From an uncultured delta proteobacterium (GTDB lineage Bacteria > Desulfobacterota > Desulfuromonadia > Desulfuromonadales > BM103): a DNA stretch of 64,000 nucleotides. Positions 53,501 through 62,397 of this stretch are shown here, one piece after another. Position 1 is the first letter of the stretch. The number at the start of each line of letters is the position of its first letter. The notes under the pieces are model-generated. The model had not been told where the DNA came from. It was given only the letters and a program-made list of their open reading frames with translations, and made no database searches. The stretch is from contig CAVQRZ010000005.1 of NCBI GenBank assembly GCA_963715335.1, positions 32,001-96,000 of the forward strand, in the 5' to 3' direction. The translations under genes were made by a program, and so were the position numbers.

Positions 53501-53910
53501 GAACGATCGATCTTTTCCAGCCAGGCACTCAGCAGCGGTCCACTGTCGGTTATCTCGAAGTAAGGCGTCAGTTCCTTGCGCAATTGGGCTTCGTAAGTAA
53601 AAGGGATTTTCTCGGCAGATTCTTCAACAAAAAAATCGAACGGGTTGATGACGGTCATGTCGGCGACCACCTCGACCTCGATTCTCAGCTCGCGGGTCTT
53701 CTCAGGAAACACCAGCCGCGCCAGGTAGTTGCCAAAGGGGTCCTGCTGCCAGTTGAGAAAATGCGTATCGGGAGCGATGCGCATTGCATAGGCACGGATC
53801 GGGGTCCGCGAATGCGGTGCCGGCCGCAGGCGCAGGACGTGCGGCGAGAGGTTGATCGGCCGGTCAAAGCGGTAATGCGTGATGTGCCTGCAGGCAACGC
53901 GGATGGACAT
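50527..53910 (-). CDS. Transglutaminase fused to DUF2126 (putative amidoligase)
   Basis: GSCRDSGW, LHAW, LDPTS; LTMGGEPTFVS, TPDPGVIEVN, GTGGGNH, GNTHRAE. Confidence 0.9.
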   Translation of the reverse strand: MSIRVACRHITHYRFDRPINLSPHVLRLRPAPHSRTPIRAYAMRIAPDTHFLNWQQDPFGNYLARLVFPEKTRELRIEVEVVADMTVINPFDFFVEESAEKIPFTYEAQLRKELTPYFEITDSGPLLSAWLEKIDRSPTTTVDFLVNLNQMVRESVNYSVRMEPGVQTAEETLERKIGSCRDSGWLLVQILRHLGLAARFVSGYLIQLTADEKSLDGPSGTEVDFTDLHAWAEVYIPGAGWIGLDPTSGLLAGEGHIPLACTPHYSSAAPVTGSMDKCEVTFDFENSVKRIHEDPRVTKPYSDEQWARIDALGEQVDADLTSGDVRLTMGGEPTFVSIDDMEGDEWNTKADGPHKRELANNLVRRLRESFSSGGLLHFGQGKWYPGEQLPRWAYGCFWRKDGVPVWKNPELLANIAKSYDITHEHAERFASELARRLGVDPRRVVPGYEDVFYYLWKEGTLPDNVDPLKVDLKDSLERQYLAKLLDKGLGTPSGYALPLQWDAKSGGWYSGPWEFRRGQMFLIPGGSAMGLRLPLDSLPWEAPEKREVSAEHDQFAALPVLEDAHGEVAKRYSKVEKPVMAHPEVHEQPLADERRGDALIKIPHTALCVEARDGRLHVFMAPLKKLEHYLDLVATIEATAAELSMPVVIEGYEPPRDYRLERLLVTPDPGVIEVNIHPAASWRELVDNTTILYEEARQSRLGTEKFMLDGRHSGTGGGNHITIGGATPADSPVLRRPDLLRSLVTYWQHHPGLSYLFSGMFIGPTSQAPRVDEARNDALYELEIAFQQMPKGEVPAPWLVDRLLRNLLIDMTGNTHRAEFCIDKLYSPDSSSGRLGLVEMRAFEMPPHARMSLVQNLLLRTLVAWFWEKPYEHDLVRWGTELHDRFLLPHFVREDMREVVVDLNRAGYPFELEWFEPFLEFRFPHFGSVNIDAMELELRFAIEPWHVLGEEMGSQGTARFVDSSVERLQLRINGLTELRHVVVCNGRRLALRSTGRKGEFVVGVRYRAWQPPSALHPTIKPHSPLVFNIVDTWSGQAIGGCTYHVSHPGGRSYDVFPVNAFEAEARRITRFWDLGAEPGSVQTAPPAFVGLGTFTPITGSTGPMTPPEEEPNEEFPYTVDLRRLPGI

Positions 53911-53944
53911 AAACTGAATAACTCCCTGGGAATCCGTCTGATGA

Positions 53945-54934
53945 TCAGATCCCTAGCTCTGTGATTGATCTTGCACGGCAGAGGTTGCCGAGGAAATCGA
54001 GAAGAAACGTCTCGAAAACAACTTTACTTACGTCATTCAGGCGGGTCTGCAAGTCGTCGATAAACTCGTGAAGGCCAATCGCCTTGATGTCGTCAATGGT
54101 CGTGTAATCGAGGTCTGCCAGCAGACGCCCGAGCGTCTTTTCAGCGCGGTTGGTAAAGCGGCCGCGCATGGTCCCCGAAATATTGCGCAGCGATAGCTCC
54201 GCGATAATCAGGCAATGGTGAATCGCCCGCGGGAACTCGGCGTCAAGCACCATGAACTCGATAATCTGGTCGGGAACAATCTGGCCATAATCCTTGCGAT
54301 ACATTTCGAAGGCGCTGGCTGAACGCAGGATCGACCCCCAGAGGATGTGATCGTAAGGCGTGCCGACATACTCTACTGAAGGCAGCAGAATAAAATACTT
54401 GACGTCGATGATCCGGGCGGTCTTGTCTGCCCTCTCGAGCATCCTGCCGAGCCGGGCAAACTGCCAGCCATCACCGTGAGTCATGGTGTTCTGCGACAGC
54501 CCGGTAAAGAGATGGCTGGCGAGCATGACTTCAACAAAGAATTCGTGCGGGAGTTCAATCCCACCGCTGTTACGTGAGGCCTCCTTGACGAGCAGGTAGA
54601 AGGTGTTGACCTGCTGCCACATCTCGGAGCTGATCCATTCACGTACCGAGCGGGCATTTTCCCTGGCCATCTGCAGGCAGGAAAGAATCGAATTGGGATT
54701 TCTGGTGTCGAATGTCAAAAACTGGACAACGTTCTCCTCGTTGAAATCGTCGTAGAATTTTTTGAACAGGTCTTCGTCGCCGGTCGTCACGATCAGCGGC
54801 TCCCACTGCTCGCCAACGCCGCTTGGCAGGTCAAGGATCATGTGATAGTTGGCGTCCATGATCCGCGCCACGTTTTCAGCCCGCTCGACATAGCGGGCCA
54901 TCCAGTACATCGATTCAGCAACACGGCTCAGCAT
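53945..54934 (-). CDS. Alpha-E domain protein
   Basis: [31 protein letters not shown]; the 3' end probably has one extra base. Confidence 0.9.
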   Translation of the reverse strand: MLSRVAESMYWMARYVERAENVARIMDANYHMILDLPSGVGEQWEPLIVTTGDEDLFKKFYDDFNEENVVQFLTFDTRNPNSILSCLQMARENARSVREWISSEMWQQVNTFYLLVKEASRNSGGIELPHEFFVEVMLASHLFTGLSQNTMTHGDGWQFARLGRMLERADKTARIIDVKYFILLPSVEYVGTPYDHILWGSILRSASAFEMYRKDYGQIVPDQIIEFMVLDAEFPRAIHHCLIIAELSLRNISGTMRGRFTNRAEKTLGRLLADLDYTTIDDIKAIGLHEFIDDLQTRLNDVSKVVFETFLLDFLGNLCRARSITELGI

Positions 54935-56391
54935 GCGGCACCCCCTTCCATGACCGAACGGTCCTCGACCACCCAGGTATCCTTGCTGCCGCCGCCCTGG
55001 CTCGAGTTGACCACCAGGGAGCCCTTCTTCAACGCAACCCGGGTCAGGCCGCCGGGCATGACATAGATCTCCTCACCGTAGAGGATATAGGGGCGCAAGT
55101 CGACGTGCCGACCTTCGAAGTGATCGTCAATCAGGGTCGGCACCCGTGAGAGCGCGAGGGTCGGCTGGGCAATGTAATTGCGCGGATTGGCCTTGACCTG
55201 CTCGGCGTATTCGGCGCGCTCCTTCGAACTGGCGTGCGGCCCGACCAGCATGCCGTAGCCGCCCGACTCTCCGACTTTCTTCACCACCAGCTTGTCGAGA
55301 TTGGCCAACACGTGCTGCAAGTCCTTGTCGCGCCAGCAAAGATAGGTCTCGACATTATTGAGGATCGCGTCCTGGTCGAGATAGTAGCGGATCATCTCCG
55401 GGACATAGGCGTAGATGGCCTTGTCGTCGGCCACCCCGGTCCCCGGGGCGTTGGCCAGAGCGACGCGACCGGCGCGGTAGGCACGCATCAGGCCCGGGAC
55501 ACCGAGCATCGAGTCTTTGCGAAACACCTCCGGATCGATGAAATCGTCGTCGATACGCCGGTAGAGGACATCGATCGGTTTCAGACCTGCCGTCGTACGC
55601 ATCATGACACGGTCGTCAACCACCACCAGATCACTCCCCTCCACCAGTTCGATCCCCATCTGTTGAGCGAGGAAGGAATGTTCGAAGTAGGCCGAGTTGT
55701 AGACACCGGGCGTCCAGACCGCGACCACGGGTTTGTCACGGCGCGGCGGCGCGAGGAACTGCAGGAGCTCCAGTAGGCGGTTCGGGTAATCAACCACCGG
55801 CACGACGTGTGCGGCATCGAAGGCGCGCGGAAAGCTGCGTTTCATGACCACGCGGTTTTCAAGCACATAAGAGACACCCGACGGGCAGCGCAGGTTGTCT
55901 TCGAGCACATAGAACTGCCCGTCAGCGCCGCGTACCAGGTCGGTCCCGGTGATATGGCACCAGACGCCGCCCGGGGGATTGAGACCTATACATTCCGGGC
56001 GATAACCGCTCGCCGACAGGACCAGGTCCTTCGGGATGATGCCATCCTTGAGAATTCTCTGATCATGGTAGAGATCGTCGATAAAGAGGTTGAGAGCCTG
56101 GACTCTCTGTTTGAGTCCGGCCTCCATAACGATCCATTCGTTATGAGCGATAATGCGCGGAACAATGTCGAAGGGGAAAATCCGCTCCGTGCCCTGCTCA
56201 TCTCCGTAAACGCTGAACGTGATCCCCATCTGCAACAGGGCTTTCTCTGCCGACTGCTGGCGGCGCCGGAGCTCTTCAAGGGGCAATTCGTTGAATCGAC
56301 TGACCACGGCTTCAGTGCCGGGGCGAGGGCGCCCTTCCGCATCGAACATCTCGTCGTAGAAACCGTCGAGCGAATAATTTTCAAATTGCAT
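54928..56391 (-). CDS. Circularly permuted type 2 ATP-grasp protein
   Basis: [49 protein letters not shown]. Confidence 0.93.
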   Translation of the reverse strand: MQFENYSLDGFYDEMFDAEGRPRPGTEAVVSRFNELPLEELRRRQQSAEKALLQMGITFSVYGDEQGTERIFPFDIVPRIIAHNEWIVMEAGLKQRVQALNLFIDDLYHDQRILKDGIIPKDLVLSASGYRPECIGLNPPGGVWCHITGTDLVRGADGQFYVLEDNLRCPSGVSYVLENRVVMKRSFPRAFDAAHVVPVVDYPNRLLELLQFLAPPRRDKPVVAVWTPGVYNSAYFEHSFLAQQMGIELVEGSDLVVVDDRVMMRTTAGLKPIDVLYRRIDDDFIDPEVFRKDSMLGVPGLMRAYRAGRVALANAPGTGVADDKAIYAYVPEMIRYYLDQDAILNNVETYLCWRDKDLQHVLANLDKLVVKKVGESGGYGMLVGPHASSKERAEYAEQVKANPRNYIAQPTLALSRVPTLIDDHFEGRHVDLRPYILYGEEIYVMPGGLTRVALKKGSLVVNSSQGGGSKDTWVVEDRSVMEGGAAC

Positions 56392-56618
56392 ACCGGGTCC
56401 TTTCGTTGGCAGGGGAATATGAAGGAGATAGCCTTACGATTCAAGCCTATTCTGTGTATTATCAAATATTTTCAGTTGTTAATGATTTTCTGTTTCAAGA
56501 TAATCAGGGTCGCAATTTGCTGCTTATTATACCATACTTGAAAAATCTGTGGAAGACGCCGGCGGCCGCCAGGCATTGCCGTGTTGCAGTGAATTCCCGC
56601 CGCGCATAGAATGGGGCC

Positions 56619-57257
56619 ATGAATTATCGCTATATCTTCTGGGACAACGATGGTGTGCTTGTCGATACGGAACGGTTTTATCTCCAGGCCAGCAGGGAAG
56701 CGCTCGCCAGGGTCGCCATTGAACTGAGCGACGAACAGTTCGCGGAGATTTCGCTGGCAGCGGGACGCAGCATCTTCGATCTCGCGGCCGGGTCCGGGGT
56801 CTCCGAGCAGTCAGTCACCGCTTTGAAAGAGTGGCGGGAAAAGCGCTATGCGAAACTTCTCTGGCAAGAGGACATTTCTCTCGACGGGGCAGCTGAGGTA
56901 CTGAATATGCTCCACGGCAGACTCGGCATGGCTGTCGTGACAAGCTCACGGAAGCATCACTTCGACATTATCCACAGCAGGACGGGTTTTCTGCCTTATT
57001 TCGACTTCTGCCTGACACGCGAGGACTACACCAACAGCAAGCCCTCAGCAGAACCGTACCAACTGGCCTTGAAACGCAGCGGGATTGAAGCAGGAGAGGT
57101 CCTCGTGATTGAAGATTCGCCACGGGGTTTGAGAGCGGCGAAAGCTGCCGGGCTGGCATGCTGGGTCCTGCCGGGACATCACACCTCAGGGCAGGATTTT
57201 GCCGAAGCCGACAGGATTCTCTCTGATATCAGGGACGTCATGGATATCACCTCGTGA
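56619..57257 (+). CDS. HAD-superfamily phosphatase
   Basis: DNDGVLVDTE, VTSS, KP, IEDS. Confidence 0.9.
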   Translation: MNYRYIFWDNDGVLVDTERFYLQASREALARVAIELSDEQFAEISLAAGRSIFDLAAGSGVSEQSVTALKEWREKRYAKLLWQEDISLDGAAEVLNMLHGRLGMAVVTSSRKHHFDIIHSRTGFLPYFDFCLTREDYTNSKPSAEPYQLALKRSGIEAGEVLVIEDSPRGLRAAKAAGLACWVLPGHHTSGQDFAEADRILSDIRDVMDITS

Positions 57258-57306
57258 GACATTCCAGACAGCTCACTTTTTTCTCACATTTTTCTCAAAA
57301 ATACTC

Positions 57307-57335
57307 TTGCCAAGAACTTTCTGCTTTGATATATT
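57307..57335 (+). promoter_or_regulatory. Sigma-70 promoter of candidate sRNA 3
   Basis: TTGCCA-N17-TATATT with TGn. Confidence 0.6.
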
Positions 57336-57341
57336 TCAGCC

Positions 57342-57417
57342 AACTCTTCGATTGCCTGCAAGCCGAAGAGCTTTGGACCCCGCGTATCCCCCCCCTCCTT
57401 ACGCGGGGTCTTTTTTT
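57342..57417 (+). ncRNA. Candidate anti-SD small RNA 3
   Basis: Hairpin ctcttcg/cgaagag, then gaccccgcgta-UCCCCCCCCUCCU-tacgcggggtc-U7. Confidence 0.6.
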
Positions 57418-57466
57418 GTCTTTTGCCGTCGCACTGCGCTGTCCCTGTGTCATCCTCGATTTTCTC

Positions 57467-57495
57467 TTGACGGATCCCCAAAAATTTCTTAGGAT
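57467..57495 (+). promoter_or_regulatory. Sigma-70 promoter of candidate sRNA 4
   Basis: TTGACG-N17-TAGGAT. Confidence 0.6.
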
Positions 57496-57501
57496 TCACT
57501 C

Positions 57502-57566
57502 ATGTTCCCCTGACAATGGTCAGGGCTTTTGCCCCGTGATTCCCCTCCTTCGCGGGGCCATTTTTT
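57502..57566 (+). ncRNA. Candidate anti-SD small RNA 4
   Basis: Hairpin ccctgac/gtcaggg, then gccccgtga-UUCCCCUCCU-tcgcggggc, then ca-U6. Confidence 0.6.
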
Positions 57567-57578
57567 ACCCCTCCGTCG

Positions 57579-59231
57579 TCAAATTCTGAACGCCCGTAAC
57601 AGATGGGGCATCAGCTGCTTCTTCCTCGACAACACCCCTCTCAGGTCAAACCTGCCTGTAGCAATTTGCGGATAACCGACTGCAGAGATCAGGTCCTTCT
57701 CGCCACGAACGATCAACTGGCTGTTCTGTTGCACGATATCGGTCACCAGTAAGCCGGCCAGGGCCAGGCTGCGCTTCTCTGCAAGCGCTTGCAAGCCGGA
57801 GGAGATCTCTTCCAGGCGGTCGTCGAACTCCTGAAAAGTTACAACTTCAACCTGCCCGACGCCAAATCGCCTGCCTTCAACATCATATTCCTTGAAGTCG
57901 GCGGTCAGCAGCGACTCGATATCCGGATAGGCCGCAAGAGCGCTTCCAGCCTGGAACATCTGCCGGCCAAAAGCCGACGCATCCAACCCTGAGCATTGCT
58001 CCAGCCAGCCCAGCAGTTCCCGATCGGCATCGGTTGTCGTCGGCGACTTCAAGAGGACCGTATCGGACAATAATCCCGCCAGCATCAGAGCCGCAATCTT
58101 CGGTGCCGGGTCAATCCCTGCCTGCCGATAGAGCGTCGCAACCACGGAACAGGTACTTCCCAGTGGCTGGTTGATAAAGCGAATCGGCAGTTCCGTATGA
58201 AAATTACCCAGCCGGTGATGATCGATGATTTCCAGGATTTCTACCTGATCCGCACCTGGAACCGCCTGGGTCAGCTCATTATGATCGACCAGAATCAGCT
58301 TCAGGGGTGATGGCCTGAGCAGGTTGGTTTTGGTGCCGACTCCGCAAACCCTGCCATTGTCATCAATGACCAGCACTCCGGGGGCCGTACTGCGCATCAA
58401 GACCTTGCGAATTTCGTCAAGCCGGTCGTCAGGGTGCGCGCGCGGGACATCTGCTTCGGCCAGATATCGAACCGGCGTCGACAATCTCGCCAGCATGGCA
58501 CTGGTTGCCGTGTCGTAGGGCGAGCAAAGGACGGAAACCTGCTTTTCTCGGGCCAACATGACCAGGTCTTCATCGACAGGAAGATCTCCGGTTACGACCA
58601 GCAGTCTGATGCCAAGCTGAATGGCATGTTCCAGAATATTCCGGCGATCGCCGACAAAGACGACAATCCGCTGTGGGTCAACCTTTGCTAACCGCGCCTG
58701 GAAGCTCTGCGGAGACATTGCGCCGACAAACAGCTCGAGCTCCCCGGTGCGTTCGCCGTCTACCATGTTAATCGCAGTTGCCTGCAGGCAGGTCTGTATG
58801 GATTTCGGTGAAGAAAGCACCTGGCGAATCGGTTTGCCTGCGCGCGGCAGCAGGATATGTTCTGTCATACGTTTCAGGATCATGGCTCCGAGCGGGGCAC
58901 CATCGGTATCAACGACAGGGAGCATGCGGATATCGCGCTGGCGCATCAGTTCAAGGGCATTCGCCAGCGGGGCATCGGCATCGATCAGCGCCGGGCAATC
59001 TCCCACCGTGTCGCGCAATCGCGGGTAGACATCGGTCAAGAGTTGCGGCTGCAATTGCCCGATGGTATCAAGGACAAATTCAGTCTGCCTGTTAAGCCCG
59101 CCGGCCCGTCCCGGAAAGACGTTGCTTCTTCCCTGTAGCTGGCACAGCGCTGCATATGCAATTGCGCTGCAGATCGAATCCGTATCCGGGTTTCTATGGC
59201 CGACCACAAAAACTCTCTCCTGCTGGCTCAT
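57579..59231 (-). CDS. ppaC: Mn-dependent family II inorganic pyrophosphatase with CBS-DRTGG insert
   Basis: GHRNPDTDS, LVDHNE, IDHH, LLSDT, SRKKQ; CBS/DRTGG region. Confidence 0.92.
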   Translation of the reverse strand: MSQQERVFVVGHRNPDTDSICSAIAYAALCQLQGRSNVFPGRAGGLNRQTEFVLDTIGQLQPQLLTDVYPRLRDTVGDCPALIDADAPLANALELMRQRDIRMLPVVDTDGAPLGAMILKRMTEHILLPRAGKPIRQVLSSPKSIQTCLQATAINMVDGERTGELELFVGAMSPQSFQARLAKVDPQRIVVFVGDRRNILEHAIQLGIRLLVVTGDLPVDEDLVMLAREKQVSVLCSPYDTATSAMLARLSTPVRYLAEADVPRAHPDDRLDEIRKVLMRSTAPGVLVIDDNGRVCGVGTKTNLLRPSPLKLILVDHNELTQAVPGADQVEILEIIDHHRLGNFHTELPIRFINQPLGSTCSVVATLYRQAGIDPAPKIAALMLAGLLSDTVLLKSPTTTDADRELLGWLEQCSGLDASAFGRQMFQAGSALAAYPDIESLLTADFKEYDVEGRRFGVGQVEVVTFQEFDDRLEEISSGLQALAEKRSLALAGLLVTDIVQQNSQLIVRGEKDLISAVGYPQIATGRFDLRGVLSRKKQLMPHLLRAFRI

Positions 59232-60040
59232 GTGCCCTCCTTGTCCAGATAGCCTCGTACATCGCCCAAACCGATCAGATCCTCGATAATCCCTCGGCCG
59301 GGTACGCCCTGATCATCAAACCAGACATAAAGACTGCCGCTGTTGGTGTCGAATATTTCCGGATCAACATTTACCTGGATGAGCAGGCCGTGATCCGGGA
59401 AATAGTCCTTGCTGGCCTGCTCCTCGACAGTCAGAATCCTGACTTCAAAATCGACAAAACCTTTACCTGAATAAGTGGCGATCGGAATCTTTGTGCCGCG
59501 TTGCAACGGGCCATAAATTCCGGCTCGCAGGTTATAAAATGCCGTCAACATGTCGACAGGATGCTGACCCTCAGGGATATCATGCTCCTTGGTCGAACTC
59601 ACGACACCTGCCTTGAGCTTCTCTTCAGTAATCTTCCCCCGCTCGTAATCGAAACGGCGGATCTTGCCGCGGGTTTGCCACTTCCCCCACCTCTTCTTCC
59701 TGATGTGCGACACATGCTCAATACTGTCCAGAGAGCCATCCGGCAGCAATCGCATCAGTGAACTGTAGGTCTGCGTGCGATCACCCGCGAGCCACAACGC
59801 GATGCCCAGTGTCCGACCGACCAGCTCTGCGCGCAGGACGTTCGGCTCTCCGGTCTCGACCAGCCGCAGCTCCCCCTCCGCCAGCCGGGTGAAGAAGAGG
59901 AAATCGATCCCGTAAGAATAGGCTTCGCCCGTCAACTGCGACAGTGGCTTGACGACGCCGAAATCCTGTGCCCTTGTGAAACCAGGCACAGTCAAATGGA
60001 GAGAACTGAAGATAGCTATCAGCAGGCAGGAGCGTGTCAT
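59228..60040 (-). CDS. DUF3108-like exported protein
   Basis: Start MTRSCLL at 60040 with signal peptide; GEAYSY, DMLTAFYNLR. Confidence 0.65.
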   Translation of the reverse strand: MTRSCLLIAIFSSLHLTVPGFTRAQDFGVVKPLSQLTGEAYSYGIDFLFFTRLAEGELRLVETGEPNVLRAELVGRTLGIALWLAGDRTQTYSSLMRLLPDGSLDSIEHVSHIRKKRWGKWQTRGKIRRFDYERGKITEEKLKAGVVSSTKEHDIPEGQHPVDMLTAFYNLRAGIYGPLQRGTKIPIATYSGKGFVDFEVRILTVEEQASKDYFPDHGLLIQVNVDPEIFDTNSGSLYVWFDDQGVPGRGIIEDLIGLGDVRGYLDKEGT

Positions 60041-60999
60041 CAGAGGAACAGGCTGGCAATGAAAAGGAGATAGGCTCCCAGCAGCAGAAGACCTTTCCTG
60101 CGATTCAGTTGCAAACGGGGCAACATCATGGTCAGCAGCCCAATCAGGAGAGCACAGAAGGCCAGCATGACCGGAAAATCGAGCTGCAGAGCCCTTGCCT
60201 CTATCGCAATCGGATTGACCATCGGACAGAGTCCGAGCACAAACAGGATGTTGAAGATATTGCTGCCGATCACGTTGCCGACACTGATATCCATCTCTCC
60301 CTTCCAGGCACTCATCACCGAGGCGGCGAGTTCCGGCAGACTCGTGCCGATGGCGACGATCGACAGGCCGATGACCATCTCGGAGACCCCAAGCAGGGTC
60401 GCGATCATCACCGCGCCCCGGACCATCAACTCGGCTCCGACCCCCAGACCGGCCATCCCGAGGACGACCAGGGTCGCATTCCTGCCGCGCCCGGCAGAGG
60501 CCGCCCGGATCGCCTGTGCAACTTGCCCATCGGCCGGCATGGCAGGGTCCCGTGCGGTCACAACGCAATAGCCCAGAAAGACCAACAGGCAGATAAAGAG
60601 CAGCAGACCGTCCAGGAAGCTCAGCACACCGTCGAAGGCGACGACATACAGGCCAAGCGAGGCAACGACCATGATCGGCACTTCACGGACCAGCGTGGAA
60701 CGTGCTACGACGACCGGCGTAATCAGGGCGGCCACCCCCAGGATCAGGCCGATATTGGCAATATTCGAACCGATGACATTGCCGGCGGCCATGGCAGAGG
60801 CTCCCCGCACTGCGGCAAGGAGGGAGACCAGGAGTTCCGGCATGCTCGTCGCGAAGGCAACCACGGTGAGCCCGACAACCAGTGGCCTTACACCAAACGA
60901 CAGCGCCAGACGGGAACTCCCGGTGACCAGGTATTCAGCACCGTAGTAAAGGAGCAACAGTCCTGCCAGAACGAGAACAGCACCCAGAAACATCGACAA
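60040..60999 (-). CDS. Calcium/sodium antiporter (YrbG-like, CaCA family)
   Basis: Two alpha repeats: ATSMPE...GNVIGSNIAN and GTSLPE...GNVIGSNIFN. Confidence 0.93.
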   Translation of the reverse strand: MSMFLGAVLVLAGLLLLYYGAEYLVTGSSRLALSFGVRPLVVGLTVVAFATSMPELLVSLLAAVRGASAMAAGNVIGSNIANIGLILGVAALITPVVVARSTLVREVPIMVVASLGLYVVAFDGVLSFLDGLLLFICLLVFLGYCVVTARDPAMPADGQVAQAIRAASAGRGRNATLVVLGMAGLGVGAELMVRGAVMIATLLGVSEMVIGLSIVAIGTSLPELAASVMSAWKGEMDISVGNVIGSNIFNILFVLGLCPMVNPIAIEARALQLDFPVMLAFCALLIGLLTMMLPRLQLNRRKGLLLLGAYLLFIASLFL

Positions 61000-61106
61000 A
61001 ATCCTATCTGCACTACTGCTATCAGGTTAAATAAGCCATCGCGTCAGTGGCAACGCGTATCAGTTTAATACCTGCATCCCTTGCTGTCGAGCACTAGTCG
61101 AAGACG

Positions 61107-61153
61107 ATATGAATATCTTGACTTGCTTATCAATCAAGGGCTAATATTCATAT
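61107..61153. promoter_or_regulatory. Inverted repeat overlapping the promoter of the ArsR gene (putative operator)
   Basis: atatgaatat...atattcatat flanking TTGACT-N18-TAATAT. Confidence 0.45.
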
Positions 61154-61180
61154 ATTCAATTATTAGCTTAAGGATGATCT

Positions 61181-61483
61181 ATGGCAAACGTGGAATTCGA
61201 TAAAACAATCTGTCTTGACAGGGAAGCCGAGATTCTCAAGGTTCTGGGTCATCCGATACGACTGAAGATCGTTGCCGGCCTTATGTCGCAATCGTGTAAT
61301 GTGAAAAAAATCTGGGAATGCCTCGAACTGCCCCAGGCAACTGTGTCGCAGCATCTGGCCCTGCTTAAGAACAAGGGAATTATTGATGGCAAGCGTGACG
61401 GTGTTGAGGTCTTCTACCAGGTCACGTCGATCGAGGCCCGCAAAATTGTCCAGTCACTGATGGAGGGTTTCTCCTGCGGCTAG
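61181..61483 (+). CDS. ArsR/SmtB family transcriptional regulator
   Basis: LKVLGHPIRLKI, QATVSQHLALLK. Confidence 0.92.
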   Translation: MANVEFDKTICLDREAEILKVLGHPIRLKIVAGLMSQSCNVKKIWECLELPQATVSQHLALLKNKGIIDGKRDGVEVFYQVTSIEARKIVQSLMEGFSCG

Positions 61484-61574
61484 CCGCTAAAGAGGAACAC
61501 ACATCCGGCAATTATTACTAACGGTGGTTTGCAGTGATTCTGCGCCGCCGTTTTTGTTTCGACCCGCCTGAAAC

Positions 61575-62397
61575 TTAGCCTAAGTCTTTGCTTGCCGTAG
61601 CAATAATTACTTCATAACTTGCTGGCAGCCCGGACTCGCATCGATGCTGTTCTTCATAGAATTTGATCATTGACTGCATGACCCGGCGTGACGCAAACCC
61701 CCGCGGACGACCCGCCGTCGCGTTGCTGGCACCGATCTGCTTGAGTTGTCTGAGCAGGTCAGGCACATCAAGGTGGAATTCAACCTCCATCCCGCTGGAA
61801 ATATCATGACAGGTCAGTCCCGCAACGGCGATCGCATCGGCAACTTCGCCAAGAGTGGGGAAGTCCTGCACATGGGACAGCCCGCCCCGTGTCACTGGCC
61901 GCAACGGCCCGGCGGTGGGAAGAGCGCAGCTCGCAGAGAGTCTTTTCACCAAACAGCGCGAGGGCGAAACAGCCGCCCGGGCGCAGGACTCTCGCTACCT
62001 CGGCAAAAGCCGCAGGAAGACAATCGACCCACTGGTAAACCGAACTGGAGACCACACAGGCGAATGTTTGATCGGCAAAGGGCAGTAGCCTGGCGTCTCC
62101 ATCACAGGCGGCAACAGCTGTCAACCTGTCTGCAGCCGCTCTGGTCATAGCGTGCGCGATATCCATCACAACCAGCTGCTGTCCCGGCATACACTTAAGC
62201 ATTGCCGTAGCGAGGGCACCCGTGCCGGTGCCTACATCGAGGCATAATCCGGGCTGCAATACAATAGTTGCCAATCGATCATAAAGCAGCTCGACGACCC
62301 GCTTCTGGACCGATGCGTAGCGATCATAATCCCCGGCATGGTTCGAAAAATTACCGCGCACGCGGGCGCGGTCAATTGCTTTAATCGGCGGCACCAT
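61575..62397 (-). CDS. bioC: Malonyl-ACP O-methyltransferase (frameshift near 61900)
   Basis: YDRYASVQ, LDVGTGTG, QW; C-terminal LKQIGA...LPASYEV in a second frame. Confidence 0.85.

Noticed and set aside
60041..60568. N-terminal extension of the 446-aa ORF 59228-60568
   Set aside because: Out-of-frame overlap with the antiporter; the real gene starts at 60040 with a signal peptide.
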